Below are positions 36,030 to 44,346 of a DNA stretch of 64,000 nt, piece by piece. The translations under genes were made by a program, and so were the position numbers. Below the pieces are notes generated by a model. The model was not told the origin of the DNA, searched no databases, and was given only the letters and a program-made list of their open reading frames with translations. The DNA comes from a virus (lineage: Duplodnaviria > Caudoviricetes), in the IMG/VR virus record IMGVR_UViG_2645727714_000001, positions 26,034 through 90,033 of that record; one strand, 5' to 3'. Positions within the stretch are counted from its first letter, which is position 1, and each line of letters begins with the position of its first letter.

Positions 36030-37020
36030 CGGTGAGGCCCCTTCGGCGGCAGACGTGGCGACTTCCCCAGCGCCGCCAGATCGGTGGGTTCCAGGGAGCG
36101 ACGCGGGCGGGGTCCTGTCCGAGAAGCGGCAGGGCACCCAGTCCGGCGCCGACGGGACGTCGCCCGTGCAGGTGAGCGTCGGCGGCGCTTGCGCCCTCGT
36201 AGTCGTTACCCGACACCGAGCTGAACAGGTGCGGTCCGCTGTTCGTGAACCGGACAGGTGGAGGGACAGGGATCCATTGGCGCAAGGCCTCGTCGGCGGC
36301 GGCATAGGAGAGACTCATCGCCTTCATCAGGTCCTGGCGCCCGCCGGCCTTGCTGGGGAGGCGCCCGGCTCGGACCAGCGGGGCTAGGTCGATCTCGTGT
36401 TCCATGAGGTGCCGATGGGCGCGAAGTATCGCCGCATGGTCGGCTACGGTCACTTGGCGTACGTCGCGTCCGTCGAAGTAGGCAATCCCGCCATAGCGGA
36501 ACTGCACTGAGATATTGGAAGCGTCCGCGGAGTATGGCCGAGCCCTACGCAGGACGCTCAGCGCCCCAACACCGAGGGCGTGGATGCCTCCGCCGAGACG
36601 TTCGGCTCGACGCTGGAGCATCCCGACCCGCGCCGTCTGTGCCTCGCCGGGCATGCCGACCAGCCCTCCGACACAGACGTAACCGACCTCGCGCACCATT
36701 GCGTCGAACTCGGCGAGAGAGTCGCCGCGAGTGAACACCGGCATAACCGGAAGTCCGCGGTCGTGCAGCTTACGGGTGTTGGCCCGGGTGGCCGCGGGGT
36801 CGCCGATGACGTCGAGGGTGATTGCGTGGTCCCAGTGGCCGCGCCACCGCTCCAGGTACCACGCATACGCCCCCAGTTCAATCGGACGACCGCTGCTGTG
36901 AGCAGTGAAGGCGCCTGAGTCGATCATCATCTGACCGCACACGAGGTTCGTCCGAACGGCAGCGAGGTCGACGCTGGCGTTGAGCGCGTACGACAACAGC
37001 AGGTTGACGGACACGCTCAC
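36019..37020 (-). CDS. dpdA: DpdA-like DNA deazaguanine transglycosylase (TGT fold)
   Basis: IDSGAF, LDVIGD, PVF, YVCVGGLV, IHALG, YSADAS; adjacent to queC. Confidence 0.8.
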   Translation of the reverse strand: MSVSVNLLLSYALNASVDLAAVRTNLVCGQMMIDSGAFTAHSSGRPIELGAYAWYLERWRGHWDHAITLDVIGDPAATRANTRKLHDRGLPVMPVFTRGDSLAEFDAMVREVGYVCVGGLVGMPGEAQTARVGMLQRRAERLGGGIHALGVGALSVLRRARPYSADASNISVQFRYGGIAYFDGRDVRQVTVADHAAILRAHRHLMEHEIDLAPLVRAGRLPSKAGGRQDLMKAMSLSYAAADEALRQWIPVPPPVRFTNSGPHLFSSVSGNDYEGASAADAHLHGRRPVGAGLGALPLLGQDPARVAPWNPPIWRRWGSRHVCRRRGLTDAA

Positions 37021-37751
37021 GTCCCGGCCAGGTCCAGCAGCACCCCGACGCGAGCCGCGTCGTCCGCACCGTCCACCGAGCGCCAACGTGCATACAACTC
37101 GTGGGAGACCTGCGCGCGAATGACCGGCCAGGCCGCGCGGTCGGTGTCGTCGAGAACGGCCTGGTCCGCCTCGTCCCCGGAGATCGCAGGGGATTCGCCC
37201 CCATCCATCCCGGCCCCGGATGGCCCAGGAACAGCGCACAACGCCACGAGCGCGTCGAAGTGGGTGTCGTCCCATCCGGCGAGCCGGCGCAGTTCGGCGT
37301 CCGCGGAGTCGAGATCGGCCAGCAGTCCGGTGAGCGCAGGCTCGTCCCACCCGCCGCGCGTGGTCGCCTCGTTCAGCGCGACGCCGAGCGCCTCGGCCTC
37401 GGCATCCGAGCGGGACGACCAGCCGTGCTCCACCGGCATCCGCCAGGTGCCGTCCTCCCCGCGCACGATGCCGTCCGGGGGGTCCTGGCCTTCGGCCTCC
37501 ATCGCGCGCAGGGACTCCAGCCGCCCATGGCCGGCGATGATCCGCCCGGTGCGGCCGTCGTGCACTGCGGAGCCAGCGAACCCGAACCGCGTGATCAGGG
37601 CCTTGATGTGGTCGAGGTCGTGGGCCTTGGCGTTGCGCTCGGCCTCACGCACCTCACCCAGCGGCACGTAGGCGATCCATCGGGGTGAGCCGCCCGCGCC
37701 CGCACTCAGCCCCGTTTCGGGTGCCTGCGGACCGCTATCAGCTCTCGCCAT
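37017..37751 (-). CDS. ParB/Sulfiredoxin-like N-terminal domain protein
   Basis: RNAKAH...I.RFGF...IIAGHGRL...LNE....GWD; first gene of the late region. Confidence 0.8.
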   Translation of the reverse strand: MARADSGPQAPETGLSAGAGGSPRWIAYVPLGEVREAERNAKAHDLDHIKALITRFGFAGSAVHDGRTGRIIAGHGRLESLRAMEAEGQDPPDGIVRGEDGTWRMPVEHGWSSRSDAEAEALGVALNEATTRGGWDEPALTGLLADLDSADAELRRLAGWDDTHFDALVALCAVPGPSGAGMDGGESPAISGDEADQAVLDDTDRAAWPVIRAQVSHELYARWRSVDGADDAARVGVLLDLAGT

Positions 37752-37835
37752 GTCTCTGCCTACTTCCCTCGCGGCGGATGACAGCGCAGTGTAATGCTAT
37801 GAGTACGGACGGGTGTCGAAGGTAGGGGGCTCGCC
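37752..37835. promoter_or_regulatory. putative divergent promoter region (late operon vs lysis cassette)
   Basis: short intergenic gap between divergent genes with AT-rich core GTGTAATGCTATGAGTA. Confidence 0.5.
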
Positions 37836-38093
37836 ATGTCGGGACGGGCGCAGGCGGCCGTGGCTGCGGTGGTGTTCACGGGGGCGGTCGCTCTCGCGGT
37901 GGTTGTGCTCGTGCGGGACGGTGACCTGAACTCGGTGGCCACCGCGGTCGGCATTGCCACCGCGGCGATCGGCACTGTGCTGGCCCTACTGCGAAGCGAG
38001 CGAGCCAGCGCCGAGGCGCGTGAGGTCCGCGAGATCCTGCCCATCCCGCCGCGCGACGTCTCGCTGGAGCGCGGCGACCAGCCGGATGCGTAG
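37836..38093 (+). CDS. two-TM membrane protein (holin-like candidate)
   Basis: two hydrophobic helices; first gene of the lysis cassette. Confidence 0.55.
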   Translation: MSGRAQAAVAAVVFTGAVALAVVVLVRDGDLNSVATAVGIATAAIGTVLALLRSERASAEAREVREILPIPPRDVSLERGDQPDA

Positions 38094-38096
38094 CCG

Positions 38097-38417
38097 GTGC
38101 GCGCGGGCGAGCTGGTGGCCTACGCGATGTCCGGCGGGCTTGGTACTTCCCCGCTGCTGTTCGCGCTGACCACCGGCGGTGGGGACGGCGTGGGCGTGGG
38201 GACGGTGACCCAGCTCGGGGTGACCGGGGCGCTCGCGGCTGGGCTCGTGACGTTCGCCCGCACCGTGTACGCCCGCGAGGTGCGCCGAGCGGACGAGACC
38301 GCGGCGGAGCTGCGCACGCTCAACACCAAGGTGATGGAGGAGTACGCGCGGACGCTGGCCGAGGCCAACCGAGCTCTGTCCGACGCCGCCGCGACGCTGG
38401 CCAGGAGGTCGCCGTGA
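38097..38417 (+). CDS. membrane protein with coiled coil (lysis accessory)
   Basis: TM followed by YAREVRRAD...; typical of actinophage lysis cassettes. Confidence 0.55.
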   Translation: MRAGELVAYAMSGGLGTSPLLFALTTGGGDGVGVGTVTQLGVTGALAAGLVTFARTVYAREVRRADETAAELRTLNTKVMEEYARTLAEANRALSDAAATLARRSP

Positions 38418-38587
38418 GCGATGAGCCGGAACGCATCTCCGCCACCACGGCGGCCAGCCTGGCGCGCCTGGACGCCCTGCTGATCCAGGTCCAGTCCGCC
38501 GTGGACGCCGTACGGGTCGAGATCGAGCGGGTGGCCCCGCCCGGCCGCACCAAGGAGGGAATCGGCGATGGCCTCACCGCCCCATGA
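38414..38587 (+). CDS. small coiled-coil protein
   Basis: AGGAGG RBS, GTGA overlap. Confidence 0.5.
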   Translation: MSDEPERISATTAASLARLDALLIQVQSAVDAVRVEIERVAPPGRTKEGIGDGLTAP

Positions 38588-39047
38588 GCAGCCAAGGCCC
38601 CTGGTCGAGTCCGTCAATGACCTGAGCCGCCAACTGGTGGGGGTGCGTGCCACCCTCACCCTCACCAACAACGTCCAGCAGGGCCGACTCGCCGTCCTGC
38701 GCCGCCTGGCCCTGGTTGCCACAGGCTCCGCCGCCCTGGCCACGGCCGGCGCCGTCGCCGCGCTGGTGCTGCTCCTTGGCGCGATAGGGGACCTGCGCGA
38801 TCAGCAGGACGTCCTGGATGCCAAGACCACGGCCGACTGCGCGTTCCACCGGGAGGTCGCTGCCCTGCCCGATCTGGTGCGCTCCGTCCCGCGCTCGCCG
38901 GGGTCAATGCCGCCCACCGTCGGGCCGGTGACCTCCGCGCTGGGCCGGGAGTCCGCCAACGCCTACAGACTCGCCGGCTGCCCCGAGGTCTTCGGAGCGC
39001 TGCCAACCCACGCCTCGTCGAGACCCTCCGGGAGTCCTCGTGGCTGA
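38568..39047 (+). CDS. single-TM membrane protein (lysis accessory)
   Basis: AAGGAGG RBS; TM plus two Cys. Confidence 0.55.
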   Translation: MASPPHEQPRPLVESVNDLSRQLVGVRATLTLTNNVQQGRLAVLRRLALVATGSAALATAGAVAALVLLLGAIGDLRDQQDVLDAKTTADCAFHREVAALPDLVRSVPRSPGSMPPTVGPVTSALGRESANAYRLAGCPEVFGALPTHASSRPSGSPRG

Positions 39048-39924
39048 ATGGCCCTACATCCCTGCCCGCTGGCAGCCCTCACGCTCCGGCCAGTCCGTGA
39101 TCTGGGTGGTACTGCACAGCATGGAGGCCCCGCTGCGCGCCGGCACCGCCGCCAGCGTGGGCCGCTACTTCCAGGGCGTCGAGCGGTACGCCTCCACCCA
39201 CGTCGGCGTCGACCCGGGCGGCATCGTGCGCTACGTCCCGGATGCCTCGGGCTGCTACGGCGCGGAGCGCAACTCCAACAGGCGCGGCTGGCACATCGAG
39301 CAGGCCGGGTACGCGCGGTTCGCCGCGGAGTGGCACAGCCCGGATGGGCTGGCGATGCTGGACCGCTCGGCCGAGGCCGCGGCGTACGCCGCGCGGCAGT
39401 TCAACATCCCCGCGCGGATGCTGGCGGACCGCGAGGTGGCCGCGTACGCGCCCGGGTTCGTCCACCACGCCCAGCTCGCCCGGGTGTTCGGAGTGGCGGC
39501 CGGCCACACCGATCCCGGACTCAACTTCCCCTACGGCGAGCTGCTGACACGGGTGCGTGCCCGGCTTGGCCAGCCGTCGCTGGCCCCGGTGCCGGACCCG
39601 GCCCGCGCGGACAACCGCTTCCGCAGACTTCCCACGCTGCGCGCTGGCGCCCGGGACGACGCTGCCCGGGTGGCCGCGGCGCGGGCGAAGGGCGGCACGG
39701 TGCTCGATGCCGGTGTCCCGGTGCTCACCCTCCAGAGCGCGCTCAACGAGGCGATGGGCGCCAAGCTGGGCGGTGACGGGGTTTACGGCGACTTCACCGA
39801 GGACGCGGTCCGCCGCTTCCAGCAGTGGTGGCGTGGCAACGGGCTCGACCTGACCGTCGACGGCATCTGCGGCCCAGCCACCTGGTCCCAGCTCGACGTG
39901 GTGGCCGACCTCCAGGGGCGTTAG
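39040..39924 (+). CDS. endolysin: N-acetylmuramoyl-L-alanine amidase plus peptidoglycan-binding domain
   Basis: VVLHSME, STH, IEQ, HTDPG..FP; C-terminal LQ..LN..DG.YG..T..AV..FQ..L.VDG..GP.TW. Confidence 0.9.
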   Translation: MAEWPYIPARWQPSRSGQSVIWVVLHSMEAPLRAGTAASVGRYFQGVERYASTHVGVDPGGIVRYVPDASGCYGAERNSNRRGWHIEQAGYARFAAEWHSPDGLAMLDRSAEAAAYAARQFNIPARMLADREVAAYAPGFVHHAQLARVFGVAAGHTDPGLNFPYGELLTRVRARLGQPSLAPVPDPARADNRFRRLPTLRAGARDDAARVAAARAKGGTVLDAGVPVLTLQSALNEAMGAKLGGDGVYGDFTEDAVRRFQQWWRGNGLDLTVDGICGPATWSQLDVVADLQGR

Positions 39925-40133
39925 CCCTCGCGCTCGCTGGCTCGCCGCGCCATCCCGCGGGGCCGCCAGTACGACACGACCCACAGGAAGGCGACTAGCA
40001 AGGCAGCCAGGACCACGGCCATGGACACGTTCGCGGCGACAGCGCCGAAGGCGCCCAGGTTGGCCGCAGCCGAAATGGCGACGTAGACCGACAGCACGAG
40101 AATGATCAGGCTTCTGCGGCGACGGTTGCTCAT
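39921..40133 (-). CDS. small two-TM membrane protein
   Basis: basic N-terminus and two TMs; convergent with the endolysin. Confidence 0.6.
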   Translation of the reverse strand: MSNRRRRSLIILVLSVYVAISAAANLGAFGAVAANVSMAVVLAALLVAFLWVVSYWRPRGMARRASEREG

Positions 40134-40270
40134 GAGGACCCTGCCCGGGGTGAGGGATCGAACGCCCACGCGGGCGCGCTGATCCGCTCACGATACGTGG
40201 GCATATCCTCTCGTTCCGCTGCAGGGTCGCCGTGCACTGCCCGGCCGGTCACGCAGGACTGACGGTGGCC

Positions 40271-41326
40271 CTACGCGACACCCCAAAGCCGCGCGTACTC
40301 CGCCGAGGCCTTCGGGTTGCGCTTGGAGGTCAGCGACGAGCCCACGTTGGCCGGGTCGTCCTCGGAGAAGTACATCTCCCCGACGAAATCGAGGTCCGTC
40401 CGCGCGGCGCACCCCTCGAAGAAGCCGCGCATGCCCCGGATGAAGAACGCGCTGTCGCCGCCGCCCTTGTCGCCGCCAGCGTTCGGGGCGTTCTTGATCC
40501 CCCACTCCTGGAGCATGAAGCCCTTGCGGTGCTCGGCGGCGATGTTGGCCCACCACCGCGCCCCGCCGGCCTTGTCCAGCTCGCGGGCGAGCTCGGCGTC
40601 GGTGCGCGCGGGCGCGTAGTGGTCGTAGGCGTCCACGCCGATGACGTCCACCACGTCATCGCCCGGGTAGGCGTCCAGCGGGTTGTGGCTCGGCGGGTTC
40701 TGCGAGTAACCCTTGTTGGCGATCAGCGCGAACCGGGCCTTGCTGCCTGTCTCGCGCACCAGGACGCGCACCCGGCGCCAGGCGTCGCGGAACTTCCGCG
40801 CGTCGGCCGCGGAGTGGTGGAACCAGTCGCCGTTGTACTCCCAGGCCAGCGGCACGATCATCGGCGCGAACCCGGCGGCCTCCCGCGCCACCATCGCCTG
40901 GCCCATCGCGCGGATGTCCGCGTCGTAGCGGCCGGAAAGCACCTCGTCGGCCGTCACCGCGTTCTTCCCGGAGGTGACGTTCTGCCGCTCGGGGCCGAAG
41001 GACTGAGCCAGCACGAGGGTCATGCCCTTGTCCGTGAACGTGGTGGTGTTGATCAGGTGGGCCGAGCGCCACATCGTGGCCGCGTCCTTCTCGCGGTCGG
41101 AGTAGACCAGCCACATCCCGGGCCGGAACCCGAAGCGCCGGGCCCACTCGTCCGGCCCGGCCTGGGTGTAGTTGTTGCCCGCCAGGTAGGCGCCGGACAG
41201 CCACGTGCTCGCGGCCGGCGGCGGGGTCGACCCGCGCTCCACCGCGGTCAGCCGCTTCTCGATGTCGTCCATGCGGTCCAGCAGGACCTCGTGGTCCGTG
41301 AGCGTCGGTACGTTCACCCCGGTCAT
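40271..41326 (-). CDS. glycoside hydrolase family 26-like
   Basis: LAWEYNGDWF (acid/base), YPGDDVVDVIGVDAYD, MLQEWG (nucleophile); AAGGGGAG RBS. Confidence 0.85.
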   Translation of the reverse strand: MTGVNVPTLTDHEVLLDRMDDIEKRLTAVERGSTPPPAASTWLSGAYLAGNNYTQAGPDEWARRFGFRPGMWLVYSDREKDAATMWRSAHLINTTTFTDKGMTLVLAQSFGPERQNVTSGKNAVTADEVLSGRYDADIRAMGQAMVAREAAGFAPMIVPLAWEYNGDWFHHSAADARKFRDAWRRVRVLVRETGSKARFALIANKGYSQNPPSHNPLDAYPGDDVVDVIGVDAYDHYAPARTDAELARELDKAGGARWWANIAAEHRKGFMLQEWGIKNAPNAGGDKGGGDSAFFIRGMRGFFEGCAARTDLDFVGEMYFSEDDPANVGSSLTSKRNPKASAEYARLWGVA

Positions 41327-41434
41327 CTCGCTCCCCTTGCCGCAGGTACTCCCCGTAGACCACCGATACCTCTCTGGCGTCATAGATGCACCCTGTGTAG
41401 CGTGTCGTGGCGGTGGTTGTGGCTGGGAGGCCAT

Positions 41435-41466
41435 GGGCGGAGAGCGGCTTACGTCGCTCTCCGCCC
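41435..41466. terminator. 14-bp hairpin
   Basis: GGGCGGAGAGCGGC-TTAC-GTCGCTCTCCGCCC. Confidence 0.55.
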
Positions 41467-41524
41467 TGCCGCATCTGGGCCCCGGTGATCGCCGCCGAGG
41501 GTGCCGAGGGTGGCGAGGTCTGGA

Positions 41525-41570
41525 ACACGCCGAGACCCCCGGCCGGTGCGGCACGGGGGTCTCGGCGTGT
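41525..41570 (-). terminator. 17-bp hairpin ending the leftward early operon
   Basis: ACACGCCGAGACCCCCG / CGGGGGTCTCGGCGTGT right after the 41576 stop. Confidence 0.7.
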
Positions 41571-41575
41571 GAGGG

Positions 41576-41746
41576 CTACGAGCGGTGTGCCCTCACGGCT
41601 CGGTCGAGTTCCTTCGCGGTCACATGCCACCCGGCCGCGTAGTACCAGGTTGCCCTCAGCTCGCTGTTGGCGATCCAGTCGATGATGACTCTCGGTTTGA
41701 CGCCAGCCCGCCTGGCTGCTGCGTAAAGCCCCAGTTCCTGACTCAT
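41576..41746 (-). CDS. MerR/Xis-like HTH protein
   Basis: AAARRAGVKPRVIIDWI...LRA.....WHV. Confidence 0.65.
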   Translation of the reverse strand: MSQELGLYAAARRAGVKPRVIIDWIANSELRATWYYAAGWHVTAKELDRAVRAHRS

Positions 41747-41920
41747 CTCAACCCCCCGGAATCGATGGGTACCTGTGCGTGGTAAAGGAGCTTCCGCGCA
41801 GGTCAGGGTCCTGTCGAGGGGTGACCACGGGTTGTTGTCCGATCGTTGCCGTGCGACAAACGCGGGTAGTCCGAACGAGTCGGGTGACAAGGCCCCGTTC
41901 GGACCAGGGTTGATCGCCCG

Positions 41921-43135
41921 TCAGGCCTGGTCCGCGGGTGCGCCGATGGCGGCGACGGAGAGCGCCGCTTCGAGGGCGGCCCGCATCCGTGGGTCCTCGT
42001 CGGCGCGTACCATTCCGCGCGACGCAGGGGTTCGCAGGTGCGCGTCGTGGCCGGCGCGAACCATGGCCGCGGTGACCACAGGGATCGGCGTGCCGGCGGC
42101 GAGAACGAACGTGGCGCACCTCCAACGGTCGACGTGCACGCCCCGGTGCAGATGCTCGCACCGGCCACACGTCGCGCACGGCGGATCGAGATGGGGCCCA
42201 TCGGTCGGACCATCCCATCCGGGACAGGTGCCGGGATGCGCCCACGGGCCCCCGGCGCACTCCAGACAGAAGGCGTGCCTACGGCCATGGAACCAGTCGT
42301 CCTTGGCGCGTTCCAGGTCCACTGGGACGCCAGTTGCCGTTGGCTGGGAGGTGGCCGGCGTGCCGGCGGCGCGTGCCCAAGGGCAGGGCCACCGCACGTA
42401 GTCGCACATCACGTCCGAGCAGCGGCGGCAGACGGTGACAGAGTCGCCGACCGCGGTGGCGTTGGGGATGACCTCGGGCTGGTGCTCGTAGTTTGGCGCA
42501 CCGGTGGCGTCGAGGGCGGCGAGTGTCGCGCACCGGAGGCCCGTCCCATCGGGGTGGAATCGGGTCCGCGCGCCATCCGGCGTGTAGCAAAGATGATCGC
42601 CGACATGGAGAACTCTCACCGCGCGCTCCCGCGCCTCACCGGACTCGGCGCGTTCCGTCATTGCCTGGAGTTCGACGCGCAGCGCGTGCTCGTCGTCCAG
42701 TAGGACGCCGCTCTTGCGCTGCCAGCGGGCGCAGAGCTTCTCCAGTTCGGTGATCCGTTTGCGGAGCCCGTCGATCACGCCCTGCGGGCAACGGGCGGCG
42801 TGGGCGCCGCGGGGTTGGTCGCAGGTGCGGCAGGTCTGGGTCGCGGCGCTCCCGTCCGCACCGGTCGGCTCGGCCTCCTCGCCGGACATCACGCACGGCC
42901 CGATGATCCGCACCTCGCATTCGGACGTGCCGAGGAGGCGATCCACCGTGGTGTCGAGCGCGGCGGCGAAGCGAACCAGGTCCTCCAGGGAGAGCGGCTG
43001 CTCGCCGTCGAGAACGAGCGCGAGGTCGTCCACGGTCATCTCCATGGCTGCGGCGAGCTGGTGCTGGTCGAGCGAGCTGGCGACCCACGCCGCCCGCAGG
43101 TTGTCGACGATCTGGTCGTGCTCAGGGGCTGGCAC
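41921..43135 (-). CDS. XRE-type HTH protein with multiple Cys/His clusters
   Basis: QHQLAAAMEM....L.LEDLVRFAAALDTTVDRLLG; CxxC motifs downstream. Confidence 0.65.
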   Translation of the reverse strand: MPAPEHDQIVDNLRAAWVASSLDQHQLAAAMEMTVDDLALVLDGEQPLSLEDLVRFAAALDTTVDRLLGTSECEVRIIGPCVMSGEEAEPTGADGSAATQTCRTCDQPRGAHAARCPQGVIDGLRKRITELEKLCARWQRKSGVLLDDEHALRVELQAMTERAESGEARERAVRVLHVGDHLCYTPDGARTRFHPDGTGLRCATLAALDATGAPNYEHQPEVIPNATAVGDSVTVCRRCSDVMCDYVRWPCPWARAAGTPATSQPTATGVPVDLERAKDDWFHGRRHAFCLECAGGPWAHPGTCPGWDGPTDGPHLDPPCATCGRCEHLHRGVHVDRWRCATFVLAAGTPIPVVTAAMVRAGHDAHLRTPASRGMVRADEDPRMRAALEAALSVAAIGAPADQA

Positions 43136-43553
43136 GGTGGACCTCCCTCGTGGGCCAGATCGGTCCCATCGCGTCCCCGGCGTAGCGGGGGACGAGGTGG
43201 ACGTGGAGGTGGAACATGGTCTGCGTGGCCGCCTCGCCAGTGGACTGGATGATGTTGATGCCGTCCGGCCGCAGCTCCTGGCGAAGCTTGCCGGCCACCA
43301 GGTGGACCACACCCATCAGCCCCTGCCAGGTCGAGCGGTCGACGTCCCAGATGCCCTCGTGGTGCCGGTTCGGAACCACGAGGGTGTGGCCGCGGGTGGC
43401 CGGATTGAGCGGTGTGAACGCGACGGACCCGGCGTAGCGGCGCAGGGCCTGCGCCTGGGCGCGGCCGGTGGCGATGTCGCAGAACGGGCAGGGTTCAGGC
43501 GCCACTGGGGGACTCCTCGTGGTGGTTGGTGCGGCACTCGGGACCAGAGACAT
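43122..43553 (-). CDS. HIT family hydrolase
   Basis: CPFC, GHTLVVP, HLHVHLVPR. Confidence 0.9.
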   Translation of the reverse strand: MSLVPSAAPTTTRSPPVAPEPCPFCDIATGRAQAQALRRYAGSVAFTPLNPATRGHTLVVPNRHHEGIWDVDRSTWQGLMGVVHLVAGKLRQELRPDGINIIQSTGEAATQTMFHLHVHLVPRYAGDAMGPIWPTREVHRASP

Positions 43554-43794
43554 GGTCGCCGCCCTTAGCCGGGGCGGACCGGGGAGTCAGGCCGCCCCAC
43601 TGATCCACCGCGTAGCCGCGCTCCGTTCGGGCACCGTCGCGCACGTCGTAGCGTGGGTCCCCGCTCCACCCGCAGTAGCAGGCCCACGGGCCGTAGATGG
43701 TCCCGATGCCGACGTCGGCCTCGTCGCGGCTGCACTGATCGCCGCAGCTCGGGCAGACCTGACCCGTCTCGGCGGTGATCGCCCGCTCAGACAC
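43495..43794 (-). CDS. zinc-ribbon hypothetical protein
   Basis: CPSCG...DVGIG..YGPW.C.CGW. Confidence 0.55.
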   Translation of the reverse strand: MSERAITAETGQVCPSCGDQCSRDEADVGIGTIYGPWACYCGWSGDPRYDVRDGARTERGYAVDQWGGLTPRSAPAKGGDHVSGPECRTNHHEESPSGA

Positions 43795-44125
43795 TGTCCT
43801 GCTCCTCGGCGGCGGCCGTGCCGGGCACCCGGTAGTGCGAGGCAAAGAGGCGCTCGACTTCCTCCGTGCCCGGCCAGCCGCACCTGCCGCATGGCAGCTC
43901 CGCGTGGATCACCGGGCAGTCCATCCACGCGCGCTCGGGCTCGGCCCCACTCGCGGCCATGGCGGCCGTGTCGGTTTCGTCGACCACGTGGTGGGTGACC
44001 TCGAACCCGGCAGCGGAGAGGAGTGCGCGTAGCAGCGTCACGCTCCCGGGCTCGGCGGTCGTGAGGTCGATCTCGGCAGTCGACCCACCAGGGGTGGCCG
44101 CGCGGATCCGGTGGCGCTCAGGCAT
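43787..44125 (-). CDS. hypothetical protein
   Basis: coupled ORF with CGRCG. Confidence 0.5.
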   Translation of the reverse strand: MPERHRIRAATPGGSTAEIDLTTAEPGSVTLLRALLSAAGFEVTHHVVDETDTAAMAASGAEPERAWMDCPVIHAELPCGRCGWPGTEEVERLFASHYRVPGTAAAEEQDSV

Positions 44126-44346
44126 CAGGTGAACCTCAGATCGGCCTCGGCCGCGTCGTCGCAGGGCACGCAGTCCGGGCCGCACTGACCGGCGACGTGC
44201 AGCGCATCCTCGACGCTGGCCTCTTGTGCCTCGCCATCCATCACGGCGCGATCCCACCCGCAGTCGTCGCACAGGTCATCGGTCGGGTCGGCACGGAGCG
44301 GTAGCTCGTCCCCGCAGGCGTCGCAGAAGCGGCGGGGTTCACGCAT
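44125..44346 (-). CDS. Cys-rich acidic hypothetical protein
   Basis: several CxxC pairs. Confidence 0.5.
   Translation of the reverse strand: MREPRRFCDACGDELPLRADPTDDLCDDCGWDRAVMDGEAQEASVEDALHVAGQCGPDCVPCDDAAEADLRFT

Noticed and set aside
37017-37751. ParABS plasmid-prophage partitioning
   Set aside because: No ParA or parS array seen; only the ParB N-terminal-like domain, in a DNA-modification context, and the phage has an integrase
41340-41575. tRNA or known structured ncRNA in the intergenic gap
   Set aside because: Only two simple hairpins; no cloverleaf, T-loop or CCA features recognisable
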